Shown here one piece after another: positions 1 through 8,943 of a DNA stretch of 64,000 nt (within the stretch, counting starts at the first letter, position 1; every line of letters starts with the position of its first letter). The notes below the pieces were generated by a model. The model did no database searches, was not told the DNA's origin, and was given only the letters and a program-made list of their open reading frames with translations. Both the position numbers and the translations under genes were made by a program. The stretch comes from an uncultured delta proteobacterium (GTDB lineage Bacteria; Myxococcota_A; Polyangia; Polyangiales; Polyangiaceae): positions 172,948 to 236,947 of the forward strand of contig CAVSWE010000003.1 in assembly GCA_963731595.1 (NCBI GenBank), in the 5' to 3' direction.

Positions 1-299
1 TCCTCGCGTGCGCGGTCGTCGCGTGCGGCGGCAGCGGAAACGGCTCGAAATGGCCGTCGCGGCCCGATGGTTGTACTGTGCAAGTATTTCAGCGCGCGCC
101 GACGACACAGACCGAAAACATCGGCGCGGTCACGTCGAGCTGCGACGACCAGAGCCCGACGTCCAAGACCGACTGCCTCCGCGAGCTCCAGGATCAAGTG
201 TGCAAGCTCGGCGGCGACGTCGTCTGGGGCGTCGACCCGGAGCCGGAGCACGAGGGCGGGAAGTGGAAGTTCTCCGGCCGCGCCGCGCACACGAAGTAG
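1..299 (+). CDS. Lipoprotein, 5'-truncated at window edge (C-terminal 98 aa).
   Basis: Frame 0 reads LACAVVACGGSGNGS (lipobox-like signal peptide end), then a Cys-containing mature region, to stop TAG at 297-299. It shares a frame with the 78..299 track ORF. The N-terminus lies outside the window. Confidence 0.5.
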   Translation, partial: LACAVVACGGSGNGSKWPSRPDGCTVQVFQRAPTTQTENIGAVTSSCDDQSPTSKTDCLRELQDQVCKLGGDVVWGVDPEPEHEGGKWKFSGRAAHTK

Positions 300-305
300 G
301 CTCGG

Positions 306-593
306 TCATTCCAAGCACTTCTCGAGCGCGTCGGCGCTCGTCGCCTTCATCGCGCAGTCGTAGTCGGCGGGCTGGACCTCCGACGCGCAGTTCTTGAACG
401 CGTCGTCGCCGTGCGCCTCGTTCTTCTCGCGCGCGCGCTCCTTCGCGATCGTCTCGGCCGACGCGTCCGGCATCGACTCCTTCACGACGAGCTCGGCGTA
501 GCGCTCGACGATGGCGTCGCACTGCGCCGTCGTCACCTTCTGCTTGCAGCCGCCGAGCGCGAGCGCGCCGACGGCGACCGCGCCCCACTTCAC
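306..593 (-). CDS. Small secreted lipoprotein (95 aa), paralog of the next gene.
   Basis: C-terminal part of track ORF 306..827. GTG start, then signal/lipobox VKWGAVAVGALALGGC. Shares CDAIVER and KCLE motifs with the upstream paralog. The upstream N-extension is Arg-rich and looks non-coding. The GTG overlaps the upstream stop (GTGA). Confidence 0.55.
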   Translation of the reverse strand: MKWGAVAVGALALGGCKQKVTTAQCDAIVERYAELVVKESMPDASAETIAKERAREKNEAHGDDAFKNCASEVQPADYDCAMKATSADALEKCLE

Positions 594-880
594 CGCAGAC
601 ACTTGATGATGGCTTCCTGCGTCTCGGCCTTCTGGATGCATTTCATCGCCGAGTCCGTGATGCGCTTGCCCACGCAGCCCGGGATGTCCGAGTCCGCGTC
701 CTTGCGGAGCTCGGCCTGCATCTTGGAGACGCTGTCCGGGTCGGTGATGTTTCGCTCCTTGAGCTTCACCACGACCATCCGATCGACGATGGCGTCGCAG
801 TCGGCCTGGGTGGCGCGACGGCCGCACGAAACCGCGCCGAGCGCGGCGAGGACGACCAGTACGAAACGACGCATCGCGAC
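590..880 (-). CDS. Small secreted lipoprotein (96 aa), tandem paralog.
   Basis: C-terminal part of track ORF 590..1675. MRRFVLVVLAALGAVSCG signal peptide and lipobox. Shares CDAIVDR and KCLR motifs with the 306..593 product. Confidence 0.55.
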   Translation of the reverse strand, partial: VAMRRFVLVVLAALGAVSCGRRATQADCDAIVDRMVVVKLKERNITDPDSVSKMQAELRKDADSDIPGCVGKRITDSAMKCIQKAETQEAIIKCLR

Positions 881-904
881 TTCGTCTAGCACGCTAGACT
901 GACG

Positions 905-1648
905 TTGGTGGCCAAAACGAGCCCGGAAGAGCTGCTCCACCGCGCGATGCAGGCGAAAGACGCCTCGTCGCGCGCGCGCCTCGCGCGCCGGGGCCTCGCG
1001 ACGCGCGCCCCGATCGATCGCACGACGCACGCGATGCTCCTTCGCCAGCTCTACGTCGCGCTCTTCGAGCAGCGCCGGTTTCGCGACGCCCTCGTCGTCG
1101 CCGAGTCCGCCGTCGACTTCGGCGTGATGCCGGACGTCATCCACCACGACGCCGCGCGCGCGGCCGCCGCGGCCGGCGACGTCGATTCCGCGATCGCGCA
1201 CCTTCGCAGCGCAGCGCGTCGCGCGCCCGCGTCGCGTCGCTCGTTTCACTGGTGGACGCTCGGCAGCACGCTGTTCCACGCACAGCGATACGGCGAATCT
1301 GCGGCCGCACTGGAACGCGCGGTGCGGTGGGCGGCGAGCGACAGGCCGCTCTACGAGGCGCAGCTCGCGCTCGTTCGCATCGCGGCGGGCGAGCGCGCGT
1401 CGTCGGATCTGCAGCGCACGATCGACGATCTCGCGGCCGCGCCGTGCGGCCAGGGCTACGGGCGCTTCGTCCTCGGCCACCTCGCGTACGCGGCGCGAGA
1501 ATTTCGTGCAGCGCGTCAGTACCTCGACGCGTTCGTCCGGCGCACCGAGTCCTCGCCGAAGCCCACCGCCATTGCGCTCGAGCCGGAGCTGCGAATGGCC
1601 AAGGCGACCCTCGCGAAGATGGCGGCCCCACGGACGGTGATGCAGTGA
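905..1648 (+). CDS. Hypothetical protein (247 aa), helical/TPR-like.
   Basis: Intact ORF with non-Arg-biased composition; no recognisable catalytic motif. Confidence 0.45.
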   Translation: MVAKTSPEELLHRAMQAKDASSRARLARRGLATRAPIDRTTHAMLLRQLYVALFEQRRFRDALVVAESAVDFGVMPDVIHHDAARAAAAAGDVDSAIAHLRSAARRAPASRRSFHWWTLGSTLFHAQRYGESAAALERAVRWAASDRPLYEAQLALVRIAAGERASSDLQRTIDDLAAAPCGQGYGRFVLGHLAYAAREFRAARQYLDAFVRRTESSPKPTAIALEPELRMAKATLAKMAAPRTVMQ

Positions 1649-1759
1649 TCCTGGATCCGGGACCAACCACCTCACTTTTCCCGCGGCTTTCTCGTGCTAG
1701 ACTGCACGCACTTTCGGGCCTGAGCCTTGCAGAAAGTCCAGCTCCAGTAGAGGTCACTG

Positions 1760-3052
1760 ATGATCGCGACACTCGCACTCGCTCTAGTCGGCGGACTGAT
1801 CCTCAACGTGATGCCGTGCGTCTTGCCGGTCCTCGCGCTGAAGGCAATGAGCGTCGTCGACCACGCGCGCCACGACGCGGCCAGGCGCCGCATGCACGGC
1901 ATCGCCTACACGATCGGCACGATGAGCTTGTTCATCGCGCTCGCGATCGTGATCGTCGTCGTGAAGGCGTCGGGCCACAGGCTCGGTTGGGGCATGCAGT
2001 TCCAACACCCGACCTTCGTCGCCGCGATGACCGCGATCGTCTTCGCGTTCGCGCTGAACTCGGTCGGCGTCTTCGAGATCAACATGTCGTCGGGCGCCGA
2101 GGGCGGCGACGACGACAAGTTCCTCGGCTCGGTCGTCAACGGTCTCTTCGCCGCGCTCCTCTCGACGCCGTGCTCGGCGCCCTTCCTCGGCACCGCCGCA
2201 GCCGTCGCGCTCGGCGCCGACGTCCCGGCGTGGAAGACGATCCTCATCTTCGCCGTAATCGGGATCGGCCTCGCGCTGCCGTATCTGATCATCACGTTCA
2301 TCCCGTCCTTCTCGAAGATCCTCCCGCGGCCCGGCCGGTGGATGGAGACGGTGAAGACGGTCATGGGCTTCGCCCTCTTCGGCACCGCGATTTGGCTCTT
2401 CCGCACGCTCCAAGTGCAGGTGACGCCCGCGTCGTCGAACTCGTTCCTCATCTTCTTGCTCGCGCTCGCCGTCGCGCTCTGGTTCGGCAACCGGTACGGC
2501 GGCGTCGCCGCGGAGCCGGCGCGTCGCTGGCTCGTGCGGGGCGTCCAGGTCGGCGGGCTCGTCCTCGTCGGGTACTGGTCGATCTCCTTCGTGAAGCCCA
2601 CGCAAGCCATCGCCGCCGACGCGCAAGTCGCCGCCGCCCCCGGCTCCAAAGATCCGCCGGTCATCGCCGACAACCACATCGTCTGGACGCCGTACGACGC
2701 GGCGCGCGTCAAGACCGAGGCGAAGCGCGGTCGCCCGGTGTTCCTCGACTTCACCGCCGAGTGGTGCGCGACCTGCAAGGCCAACGAGCACGCGTTCATC
2801 GAGACCGACACGGTGCGCGGCGCGTTCCAGCATACGAACATCCTGCCGATGCGCGCCGACATGACGAACGACAACGACGAGCTCTCGGCGCTCCTCGACA
2901 GCCTCGGCCGCACGGGCATCCCCGTCTACGTCATCGTGATGCCGGACGGCACGCGCGATCTGCTGCCGATCACCATCACCGCCGACATGGTCGCGACGCA
3001 CCTCGAAGACGCGTCGCACAAGTTCCCGTCCGAGAAGTTCGCGCGTAACTGA
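1760..3052 (+). CDS. DsbD-family thiol:disulfide interchange protein (CcdA-like transmembrane domain fused to a C-terminal thioredoxin).
   Basis: Multi-TM core with the conserved PCVLPVL and STPCSAPF cysteine motifs of DsbD-beta/CcdA. C-terminal thioredoxin fold with WCATC (CxxC). No N-terminal DsbD-alpha domain. Confidence 0.85.
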   Translation: MIATLALALVGGLILNVMPCVLPVLALKAMSVVDHARHDAARRRMHGIAYTIGTMSLFIALAIVIVVVKASGHRLGWGMQFQHPTFVAAMTAIVFAFALNSVGVFEINMSSGAEGGDDDKFLGSVVNGLFAALLSTPCSAPFLGTAAAVALGADVPAWKTILIFAVIGIGLALPYLIITFIPSFSKILPRPGRWMETVKTVMGFALFGTAIWLFRTLQVQVTPASSNSFLIFLLALAVALWFGNRYGGVAAEPARRWLVRGVQVGGLVLVGYWSISFVKPTQAIAADAQVAAAPGSKDPPVIADNHIVWTPYDAARVKTEAKRGRPVFLDFTAEWCATCKANEHAFIETDTVRGAFQHTNILPMRADMTNDNDELSALLDSLGRTGIPVYVIVMPDGTRDLLPITITADMVATHLEDASHKFPSEKFARN

Positions 3053-3058
3053 TCGCGC

Positions 3059-4315
3059 TCAGCACCCGCCGTCGGCGCCGCCCTCGGGCGCGCCGCCGTC
3101 GTAGCTCGGGTCGGCCGTCGACGCGCCGCACGCCTTCGCGGTCGACCAGCGGAAGTGGTCCATCAAGAGCTGCGAGTCGTAGATCGAGTCGTCGGTGTCG
3201 AAGATCGCGAAGCGGAGCTTGATCGTCTCGCCCGGCGTGACCGGCGCGGTCAGCGTCATCCACCCGGTGCCGCCGCCGGCGAGCTCGTTGCCGTTGCCGA
3301 GGAGCTCCATGCCCGTGCCTTGCAGGCTCTGCGCGTCGTTCAAGACGAGGTACGGGCTGTTGACCGACATGTGCCGGCCGCTCGAGTCCATCAAGAGGTC
3401 GCCGGTGAGCGACTTCGACTCGAGCATCACGAGCGCCTGATCGTCGTAGACCGAGCACTTCCACTCGGGCGCGTCGGTCGTGAGGTAATTCAAATCGATC
3501 GAGAACGAATGCGCGTTCGTCGGCACCTCGAGCTGCACGGCGAGCTCGGTGTAGTCGTTGACCGTCGTCGGGTCGGTCTGGTTTTGCGTCTGCCCCTGGC
3601 CGTCGACGCAGGTGAAGGGCTTGGGCACGAGCGGGTAGGCCGTCCCGGTCTTTCCGAAATTCGTGCCGGTCTGCGGCGCGACGTAGCCGGTGTCGTCTTC
3701 GTCGGCGGCGATGCCGTTCGAGATCGCGGCCATGCTGTCGCCGTACTGCACCTTGAAGGTGCCCCAGTCGGGCGCCACCTCGTGCGCGCGATCGTCGGCG
3801 AGCGTCGGGAAGCTCGCGGAGCCGACCCACGGGTCGCACATGTCCATCGCGTGGGCGAGGTCGGTCGCGTCCTTCGTGTCGCTCGCGATCTTCGCGTCGC
3901 ACGACGCGACGTCGTCGGTCTTCCCGTTGCAGTCGTCGTCCACGTTGTTGCCGGGGACGTCGAACGCGCCCGGGTTCACGTTCGGGTCGTTGTCATTGCA
4001 ATCGACGCACGCGTCGAAGCCGTCCTTGTCGGCGTCGACCTTGTCGCACGAGAGGCAGCTCCCCGCGACGCACTGATCCGTGCCCTTGCACGCGACGCCG
4101 CACGCGCCGCAGTTCTTCGCGTCGGTCGAGAGATCGAAGCACGCGCCCGCGCACATCGTCTGGCCTTGCGTGCAGTCGCCCGGCGCGTCGAGGGGCGTCG
4201 CGTCGGCGTTCGTGGGCGCGCCGTCGCCCGCGTCGAACAGGTCGCTCGGGCTCGCGCCGCTACAACGGACGAAAGCGAGCAGTGGAAAGGCAAGGACGAG
4301 GACGCGCGTCTTCAT
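3059..4315 (-). CDS. Secreted Cys-rich lipoprotein with the myxobacterial 'putative metal-binding motif' repeat.
   Basis: MKTRVLVLAFPLLAFVRCSG signal/lipobox. CxxCxxxxC repeats and DGFDACVDCNDNDPNVNPGAFDVPGNNVDDDCNG (Myxococcales Cys/Asp-rich metal-binding motif). The upstream part of the 1107-aa track ORF is Arg-rich artefact. Confidence 0.7.
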   Translation of the reverse strand: MKTRVLVLAFPLLAFVRCSGASPSDLFDAGDGAPTNADATPLDAPGDCTQGQTMCAGACFDLSTDAKNCGACGVACKGTDQCVAGSCLSCDKVDADKDGFDACVDCNDNDPNVNPGAFDVPGNNVDDDCNGKTDDVASCDAKIASDTKDATDLAHAMDMCDPWVGSASFPTLADDRAHEVAPDWGTFKVQYGDSMAAISNGIAADEDDTGYVAPQTGTNFGKTGTAYPLVPKPFTCVDGQGQTQNQTDPTTVNDYTELAVQLEVPTNAHSFSIDLNYLTTDAPEWKCSVYDDQALVMLESKSLTGDLLMDSSGRHMSVNSPYLVLNDAQSLQGTGMELLGNGNELAGGGTGWMTLTAPVTPGETIKLRFAIFDTDDSIYDSQLLMDHFRWSTAKACGASTADPSYDGGAPEGGADGGC

Positions 4316-4347
4316 GCAAGAACCCCGCGAAGGTGTCGCGCTCCATA

Positions 4348-5160
4348 CTACGGATTGAAGTCGTCGCCACCTCCCCCTTGAGGCTGCGGTTTCGGCTTGG
4401 GCTTCGGTTTCGGCGCGACGACCGCCGCTTCGCCGGTCTGCGCGGGCCTCGGGTGGGCGTGCTGGACGGCCACGGGCGGCGCGGCCTGCACCGTCTCGCC
4501 CGGGCCGTCGTCGACCGCACGCGCGAGATCCGCGATGAAATCCTCCGTCTCGCGGCGCTCGAGGCGCGAGGTCTTCGAGAGCTGCGCCAGCACGTCGAAC
4601 GACGCTTCGATCTCGTCGTGGACGTCGGCCATCATCGTGCCGCCCTGCCGGAAGAAGTCGTCCTTCACGTGCGGCTCGAGATCGCGGCCCGCCTTCGAGA
4701 GCTCGTCGCACTTCTGCGGAACGTCGCGCAGCTCGCGCTTGCGCTTCATCTCGCCGTCGAGCGTCGCTCGCAGCGCGGTGATGAAGTCGCGCGTCGGGCC
4801 GTCGGCGCGGCCCTCGCCTGGGACGACGAGCTTGGCCTCGTCCTCGCGGAGAGCGAGGTGCGTGCCGCCGACCACGTGCGTGGCGGCGACCATGCGCTCG
4901 TGCGTCGCCTCGATGATGGTCACGTCGGCCGCGTCGGTCGCGATCTTCAGGGCGTCGATCAGATTTCGGCGCGTGGCCTTCTTCTCGTCGGACCAGCTCG
5001 CGGCCGCGACTTGGAGCGTGTGCACCTTGCCGAAATAGTCGTCGTACTGCGCTTGGCCGGTCGCGAACGGCTGACCGGCGCGGATCTTCGACTGCGGCTC
5101 GAAGAGCGCGCACCCGGCGGCGAGCAGCGTCACGGCGAGAAAGAAGCGTGTATGTTGCAT
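4348..5160 (-). CDS. Lipoprotein, hypothetical (270 aa).
   Basis: MQHTRFFLAVTLLAAGC signal/lipobox; charged helical body; C-terminal PKPKPKPKPQPQGGGG low-complexity tail. Confidence 0.65.
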   Translation of the reverse strand: MQHTRFFLAVTLLAAGCALFEPQSKIRAGQPFATGQAQYDDYFGKVHTLQVAAASWSDEKKATRRNLIDALKIATDAADVTIIEATHERMVAATHVVGGTHLALREDEAKLVVPGEGRADGPTRDFITALRATLDGEMKRKRELRDVPQKCDELSKAGRDLEPHVKDDFFRQGGTMMADVHDEIEASFDVLAQLSKTSRLERRETEDFIADLARAVDDGPGETVQAAPPVAVQHAHPRPAQTGEAAVVAPKPKPKPKPQPQGGGGDDFNP

Positions 5161-6774
5161 CTATTTCTCCGTGCAGTGGATGGGCGCCGCGTGGACCTCG
5201 AAGACGTGCCTTCCCGCGGCGGCGAGGAACGCGACGACGCCGCGCCCGTCGGGGAGCACGGCCGCTTGGCCTTGTCCCGCGTTGACGCCGTCGGTGGACG
5301 CGGTGAACGGCGCGCTGGTCGAGCCGTCGGCGTCGAAGACCACGCCGCGCACCTGGCAGCCGCCCTCCGGGCACGTGGTCCAGACGAAGAGGAAGCGCCC
5401 GGCGCCGAGCGAGGCGAGCGCCGGCGACATCGCGCGCTCGGGCGCGCCGCCCTCGAGCGAGAACGTCTTCGCCTGCGCGCTCGCGTCGCTCGGGTGAAAG
5501 AACGCGTAGCGCACCGACCACGGATCTTCCTTGCTCGCGCGATCGGCCCACGCGACCATGATGCGATCGCCGCTCGCGGCGATCGCGGGAGAGCCGATCT
5601 TCGGGCCGAGGCCGTCGACGTGGAGGAGCCCGCCGAGCGGCGCGGGAGGCGTGCCGCCGAACGCGCCGAACCAGATCGCGCCGGCGTGCCGAAAGGCGAC
5701 CGCGAAGCCGGCGTCGTTCGGGAGCGGCTCGCCGCGTAGCGCCTCGACGGGCTCGTCCGGAGTGGGCAGCGACCACAGCTTCACCCATTTGTCGCTCGCG
5801 AGCGGCGCCCACGCGAGACCGTCGGCGGTCGCGCCGAGATCGATCGGCGTCGCGGCGCGAAGCGTGCGGCGGCCTTGCAGCGGATCGCCCTTGCGATCGA
5901 GGTCGACCGCCATCTTGTTCGCGTCGAGCCCGACGACGCGACGGACCCTCGCCGGCTCGGGGAGATGCAGCGACCCGAGCGACGCGACCGTCGCGGCGTC
6001 GAGGATCTCGAGCGTCGCTTCCTTCGGAGCCGCGGCGAATCCGAGCGCGATTTTCCCGCCGACGTCGGCGACCTCCACGCCGCTCGCGACGAGCGCCTTG
6101 GGCGCGACGGTCCGCGGAGCGCCCGCGGTCGTGCACTGCATCGGTCGCGCGGGCGCGGGCGCCACGACCGTCGCGCTCGCCGTCGGCTCCGACGAAGGCG
6201 TCGGTCGCGTCGCGGCGCTCGACGCCGACGCGCTCGCGGCGCTCGACCCGCTCGACCCTGCGTTCGCGATCGCGCGGATCCCGGCGGCGAAGAGGATCAG
6301 CACGACGAACGCCGAGGTCCCCGCGACCACCGGCAAGACCCACCGGGGTTTGTCCTTGGTGCGCTCGCGCAGATCCGCCCACGCGCGCTGCGCGCCCGCC
6401 ACGACGCCCTGCGCGCGCGCCGCCGCGAGCGCCCGCAAGTCATGGAGCTTCGCGCCGCTCGCCGACGGAATCGGCGCCGCAGGTCCGGTCGGCTCCGGCT
6501 CGGGCGCCTCCTCCGTCTGCGCGGGCCACTTCGTGGTCGATGCGACGTCGCTCGCCGAGAGCGGCGCCGGCGGCGGCGACTCTTGTTTGCCGGTCGCCTT
6601 TTCGAGCCTCGCGCGATTGTCGGCGAGCGCGTCGGGGCCGATGCCGAGCATCGTCGAGTGCGGGCGCTCGGCGGGCGCGAGCGGCGTCGCCTTCACTACC
6701 TCGAGCCGCCCCTCCGACGTGAGAATCCGACGAGCTGAGCTCCATCGGCCGCGGCGCTTCCGACGGCCGCTCAC
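5161..6774 (-). CDS. Membrane-anchored protein with a C-terminal extracytoplasmic domain. Possibly the 3' portion of the upstream DUF4339 gene, separated by a frame shift.
   Basis: TM segment WVLPVVAGTSAFVVLILFAAGI followed by a ~350 aa Gly/Ala-rich domain. Good coding composition begins near 6774, where the upstream ORF's frame degenerates into Arg-rich sequence. Confidence 0.55.
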   Translation of the reverse strand: MSGRRKRRGRWSSARRILTSEGRLEVVKATPLAPAERPHSTMLGIGPDALADNRARLEKATGKQESPPPAPLSASDVASTTKWPAQTEEAPEPEPTGPAAPIPSASGAKLHDLRALAAARAQGVVAGAQRAWADLRERTKDKPRWVLPVVAGTSAFVVLILFAAGIRAIANAGSSGSSAASASASSAATRPTPSSEPTASATVVAPAPARPMQCTTAGAPRTVAPKALVASGVEVADVGGKIALGFAAAPKEATLEILDAATVASLGSLHLPEPARVRRVVGLDANKMAVDLDRKGDPLQGRRTLRAATPIDLGATADGLAWAPLASDKWVKLWSLPTPDEPVEALRGEPLPNDAGFAVAFRHAGAIWFGAFGGTPPAPLGGLLHVDGLGPKIGSPAIAASGDRIMVAWADRASKEDPWSVRYAFFHPSDASAQAKTFSLEGGAPERAMSPALASLGAGRFLFVWTTCPEGGCQVRGVVFDADGSTSAPFTASTDGVNAGQGQAAVLPDGRGVVAFLAAAGRHVFEVHAAPIHCTEK

Positions 6775-7819
6775 CTCCGACCGCGGGCACGGCCGGCGAC
6801 CGCGGGATGGTCGTGTCCATCTCGACGGCGCCCTCGCCCCAAGGCGGCGGGCGCGTGACCGCGTTGGTGACCGCGCTCGGCTCGGGCGGCGGAACGACGA
6901 TCGGCGGCGCCTCCTCGGTGGCCTCGTCGTTCGTCGGCGGTGGCGGCAGGGCGCTCGGCGCCTCGTCGAACATGACCAGCGTCGGAAACTTGCTGCTCGG
7001 CTCTTTCGGTGGCGGCTCGCGCGCCGGCGGAAGCGGATCGAGCTTCGGCATCGGCGGCGGCGCGGGCGCGACCTGCAGCGTCGTTCGGCCCGACGGCGGC
7101 AGCGACTCGGGCGGCGGCGCGACGCCCGCGGGCGGCCTTTGCGTGTGCTTGAACGCGCTCGGCTGCTGCGCGTGCGGCAGAGGCGCGGTCTTCGTGAGGT
7201 TCGTCTTCGCGACCGCGGGCGGCGCGGGCGTTACCTTCGGCGGCGAGGGCGTCGCCTTCATCGGAGCGGGCGTGGGCTTCTTCGGCGCGCCCGACGACGG
7301 CAGGGTGCGCTTCGCCGCGGCGGGGAGCGGCGGCGGCATGCTGCTCTTCTTCGCGGCGGCGCGCGCGGCGGGCGGAAGCGGCGGCGGCGCCTTCGTCGCG
7401 GGCTTCGCGGGCGGAGGCTTCGGGCTCGGCGCGATCGCGTCGAGCTTCGTGTCGGACCCGGCGGGCGCGGGGATCTGCGGCTGCGTGCTGGGCGCGGCGG
7501 GGACGTACCGCGGCGGAGGCGGCGGCTCGGCGGGCCCGGCGGGCCCGGCGGGCGGCGGCGCAGGCTTCCCTTCGAACGCGTCCTGCGCGGCGACGACGAA
7601 GGTCGGCGGCGGCGGCACGTCTCCGTTCGTCGCCGCGGCGATTTTGCCCGTCAATTCAGGGACTTCGTGCGCCGGCTTCCAACCATTCCAGCCGCGCGTC
7701 CAGACGGGTGCGTTCGCCGGGATCACGCCCGTCTTCAGCGCAGCACGCAGCTCGTCTTCTCGGACGAGACGCTGCTGTCCGGCAGGATCCGCCCACCGCC
7801 ATTCGGTCTGGTTGCTCAC
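6440..7819 (-). CDS. DUF4339 (GYF-like) domain protein with an extreme Pro-rich linker.
   Basis: N-terminal NQTEWRWADPAGQQRLVREDELRAALKTGVIPANAPVWTRGWNGWKPAHEVPEL matches the DUF4339 pattern. About 300 aa of Pro/Ala/Lys-rich PPxP repeats follow. GTG start inferred at 7819. The last ~100 aa of this frame are Arg-rich, so a frame shift into 5161..6774 is suspected. Confidence 0.6.
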   Translation of the reverse strand: MSNQTEWRWADPAGQQRLVREDELRAALKTGVIPANAPVWTRGWNGWKPAHEVPELTGKIAAATNGDVPPPPTFVVAAQDAFEGKPAPPPAGPAGPAEPPPPPRYVPAAPSTQPQIPAPAGSDTKLDAIAPSPKPPPAKPATKAPPPLPPAARAAAKKSSMPPPLPAAAKRTLPSSGAPKKPTPAPMKATPSPPKVTPAPPAVAKTNLTKTAPLPHAQQPSAFKHTQRPPAGVAPPPESLPPSGRTTLQVAPAPPPMPKLDPLPPAREPPPKEPSSKFPTLVMFDEAPSALPPPPTNDEATEEAPPIVVPPPEPSAVTNAVTRPPPWGEGAVEMDTTIPRSPAVPAVGGERPSEAPRPMELSSSDSHVGGAARGSEGDAARARRAPALDDARHRPRRARRQSREARKGDRQTRVAAAGAALGERRRIDHEVARADGGGARAGADRTCGADSVGERREAP

Positions 7820-7835
7820 GGGTCGAGGTGTTGAT

Positions 7836-8447
7836 CTAAGGGTAAGCGATCGCCGGCGCGATGGCGAGAACGAGCCAATCGACCTGCCGCGAGCCCGCCG
7901 CGCGCAGCGCGTCGGCACATGCGTTTTGGGTGGCGCCGGTCGTGCGGACGTCGTCGATCAGGAGCACGCGCTCGAGGAGCGGTTTTCGGGCCCGAAACGC
8001 GCCGGCCACGTTCGCGAGGCGTGCGCTGCGGTCGAGCTCGGCCTGGTGCGGGGTCGGGCGCGTCCGCGCGAGGGCGCGCGCGCGGAGCGGCACCCCGAGC
8101 GCTCGCGCGACCGGCCGCGCGAGCAGCGCCGCTTGGTTGAAGCCGCGCTCGAAGAGCCGGCTCGGGTGGAGCGGAACCGGGACGACGACGTCGACGTCGA
8201 AGCCGCGCCGGCGCGCTTCGCCGGCGAGGAGCTCGCCGAGCGGCCGCGCGAGCTCCGGCACCGGACCGTATTTGAAGCGCGTGATCGCTCGAGACATCGC
8301 CCCGCCGTAGAGAAACGGCGCGCCGGGCTCGCTCGAGCGCTCGACCGTGGCCGCGCAGCTCGGACAAAACACCGCGTCGGGCCGCGCCGGCTCGTCGCAG
8401 GCGGCGCACCGGCTCGGCGCGAGGATCGAGAGGATCACGCAGCCCAT
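7836..8447 (-). CDS. ComF/GntX-family phosphoribosyltransferase-domain protein.
   Basis: N-terminal double zinc ribbon (CAACDEP...CPSCAA) and C-terminal PRTase motif VLLIDDVRTTGAT. Confidence 0.8.
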   Translation of the reverse strand: MGCVILSILAPSRCAACDEPARPDAVFCPSCAATVERSSEPGAPFLYGGAMSRAITRFKYGPVPELARPLGELLAGEARRRGFDVDVVVPVPLHPSRLFERGFNQAALLARPVARALGVPLRARALARTRPTPHQAELDRSARLANVAGAFRARKPLLERVLLIDDVRTTGATQNACADALRAAGSRQVDWLVLAIAPAIAYP

Positions 8448-8460
8448 CGGCCGGGCGCGC

Positions 8461-8943
8461 CTACGGTTGCGCGTTTCGCTCGAGGTTCGCGCTCGCCGCG
8501 CGGCCCGGCGCGGTCCAGTTCCAGCGCAGCGTGCCGTCGTCGATCGGCGCGACGATCACGTGACCGTGGCGCGGGCAGCGGTTGAACGGGTCGACGAGGA
8601 CGTTCTCTTCGCCGGCCCACTGCTGCTGCTCGCCGCGCCGGAGGCGCCACTCGGCGCGACAGTGCTGATCCGGGTAGTGCACGCGCCCGATCACGTCGTT
8701 GCCGCGCGTCTCGAAGGTGACCGTCACCGGAAAAGACGCGTTGCCGGTCTGCCAGGCGCGACCCGTCCACGCGCCGTCGAACCGCGGGGCCGGCGTCTCG
8801 TCGCTCGTCGCGTCGGCGTCGTCGTCGGCGCTCGCGGCGGCCGGCGCGCGCGCGACCGGGACCGACGAGAGCATCGGCGCGGCGACCAGGTTCGGCCCCA
8901 CGACGCACGCGCTGCAAAAGACGGCCGCGAGCGCGCGCCTCAC
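8461..8943 (-). CDS. Secreted hypothetical protein (~160 aa).
   Basis: C-terminal part of track ORF 8461..9714. The likely GTG start gives signal peptide RRALAAVFCSACVVGPNLVAAP. The GTG overlaps the hydrolase stop (GTGA). No recognised domain. Confidence 0.45.
   Translation of the reverse strand: MRRALAAVFCSACVVGPNLVAAPMLSSVPVARAPAAASADDDADATSDETPAPRFDGAWTGRAWQTGNASFPVTVTFETRGNDVIGRVHYPDQHCRAEWRLRRGEQQQWAGEENVLVDPFNRCPRHGHVIVAPIDDGTLRWNWTAPGRAASANLERNAQP

Noticed and set aside
1252-3048. Long +/- strand ORFs (1252..3048+, 1784..3019-, 1906..2919-) overlapping the DsbD-like gene.
   Set aside because: Extremely Arg/Ala/Gly-rich low-complexity translations, typical of wrong frames in 70% GC DNA. 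The DsbD frame has clear motifs.
5531-8585. ORFs 5531..7834+ (767 aa) and 6807..8585+ (592 aa), antisense to the DUF4339 and ComF genes.
   Set aside because: Arg/Gly/Ala homopolymer-like translations with no domain features, opposite to convincingly coding frames.
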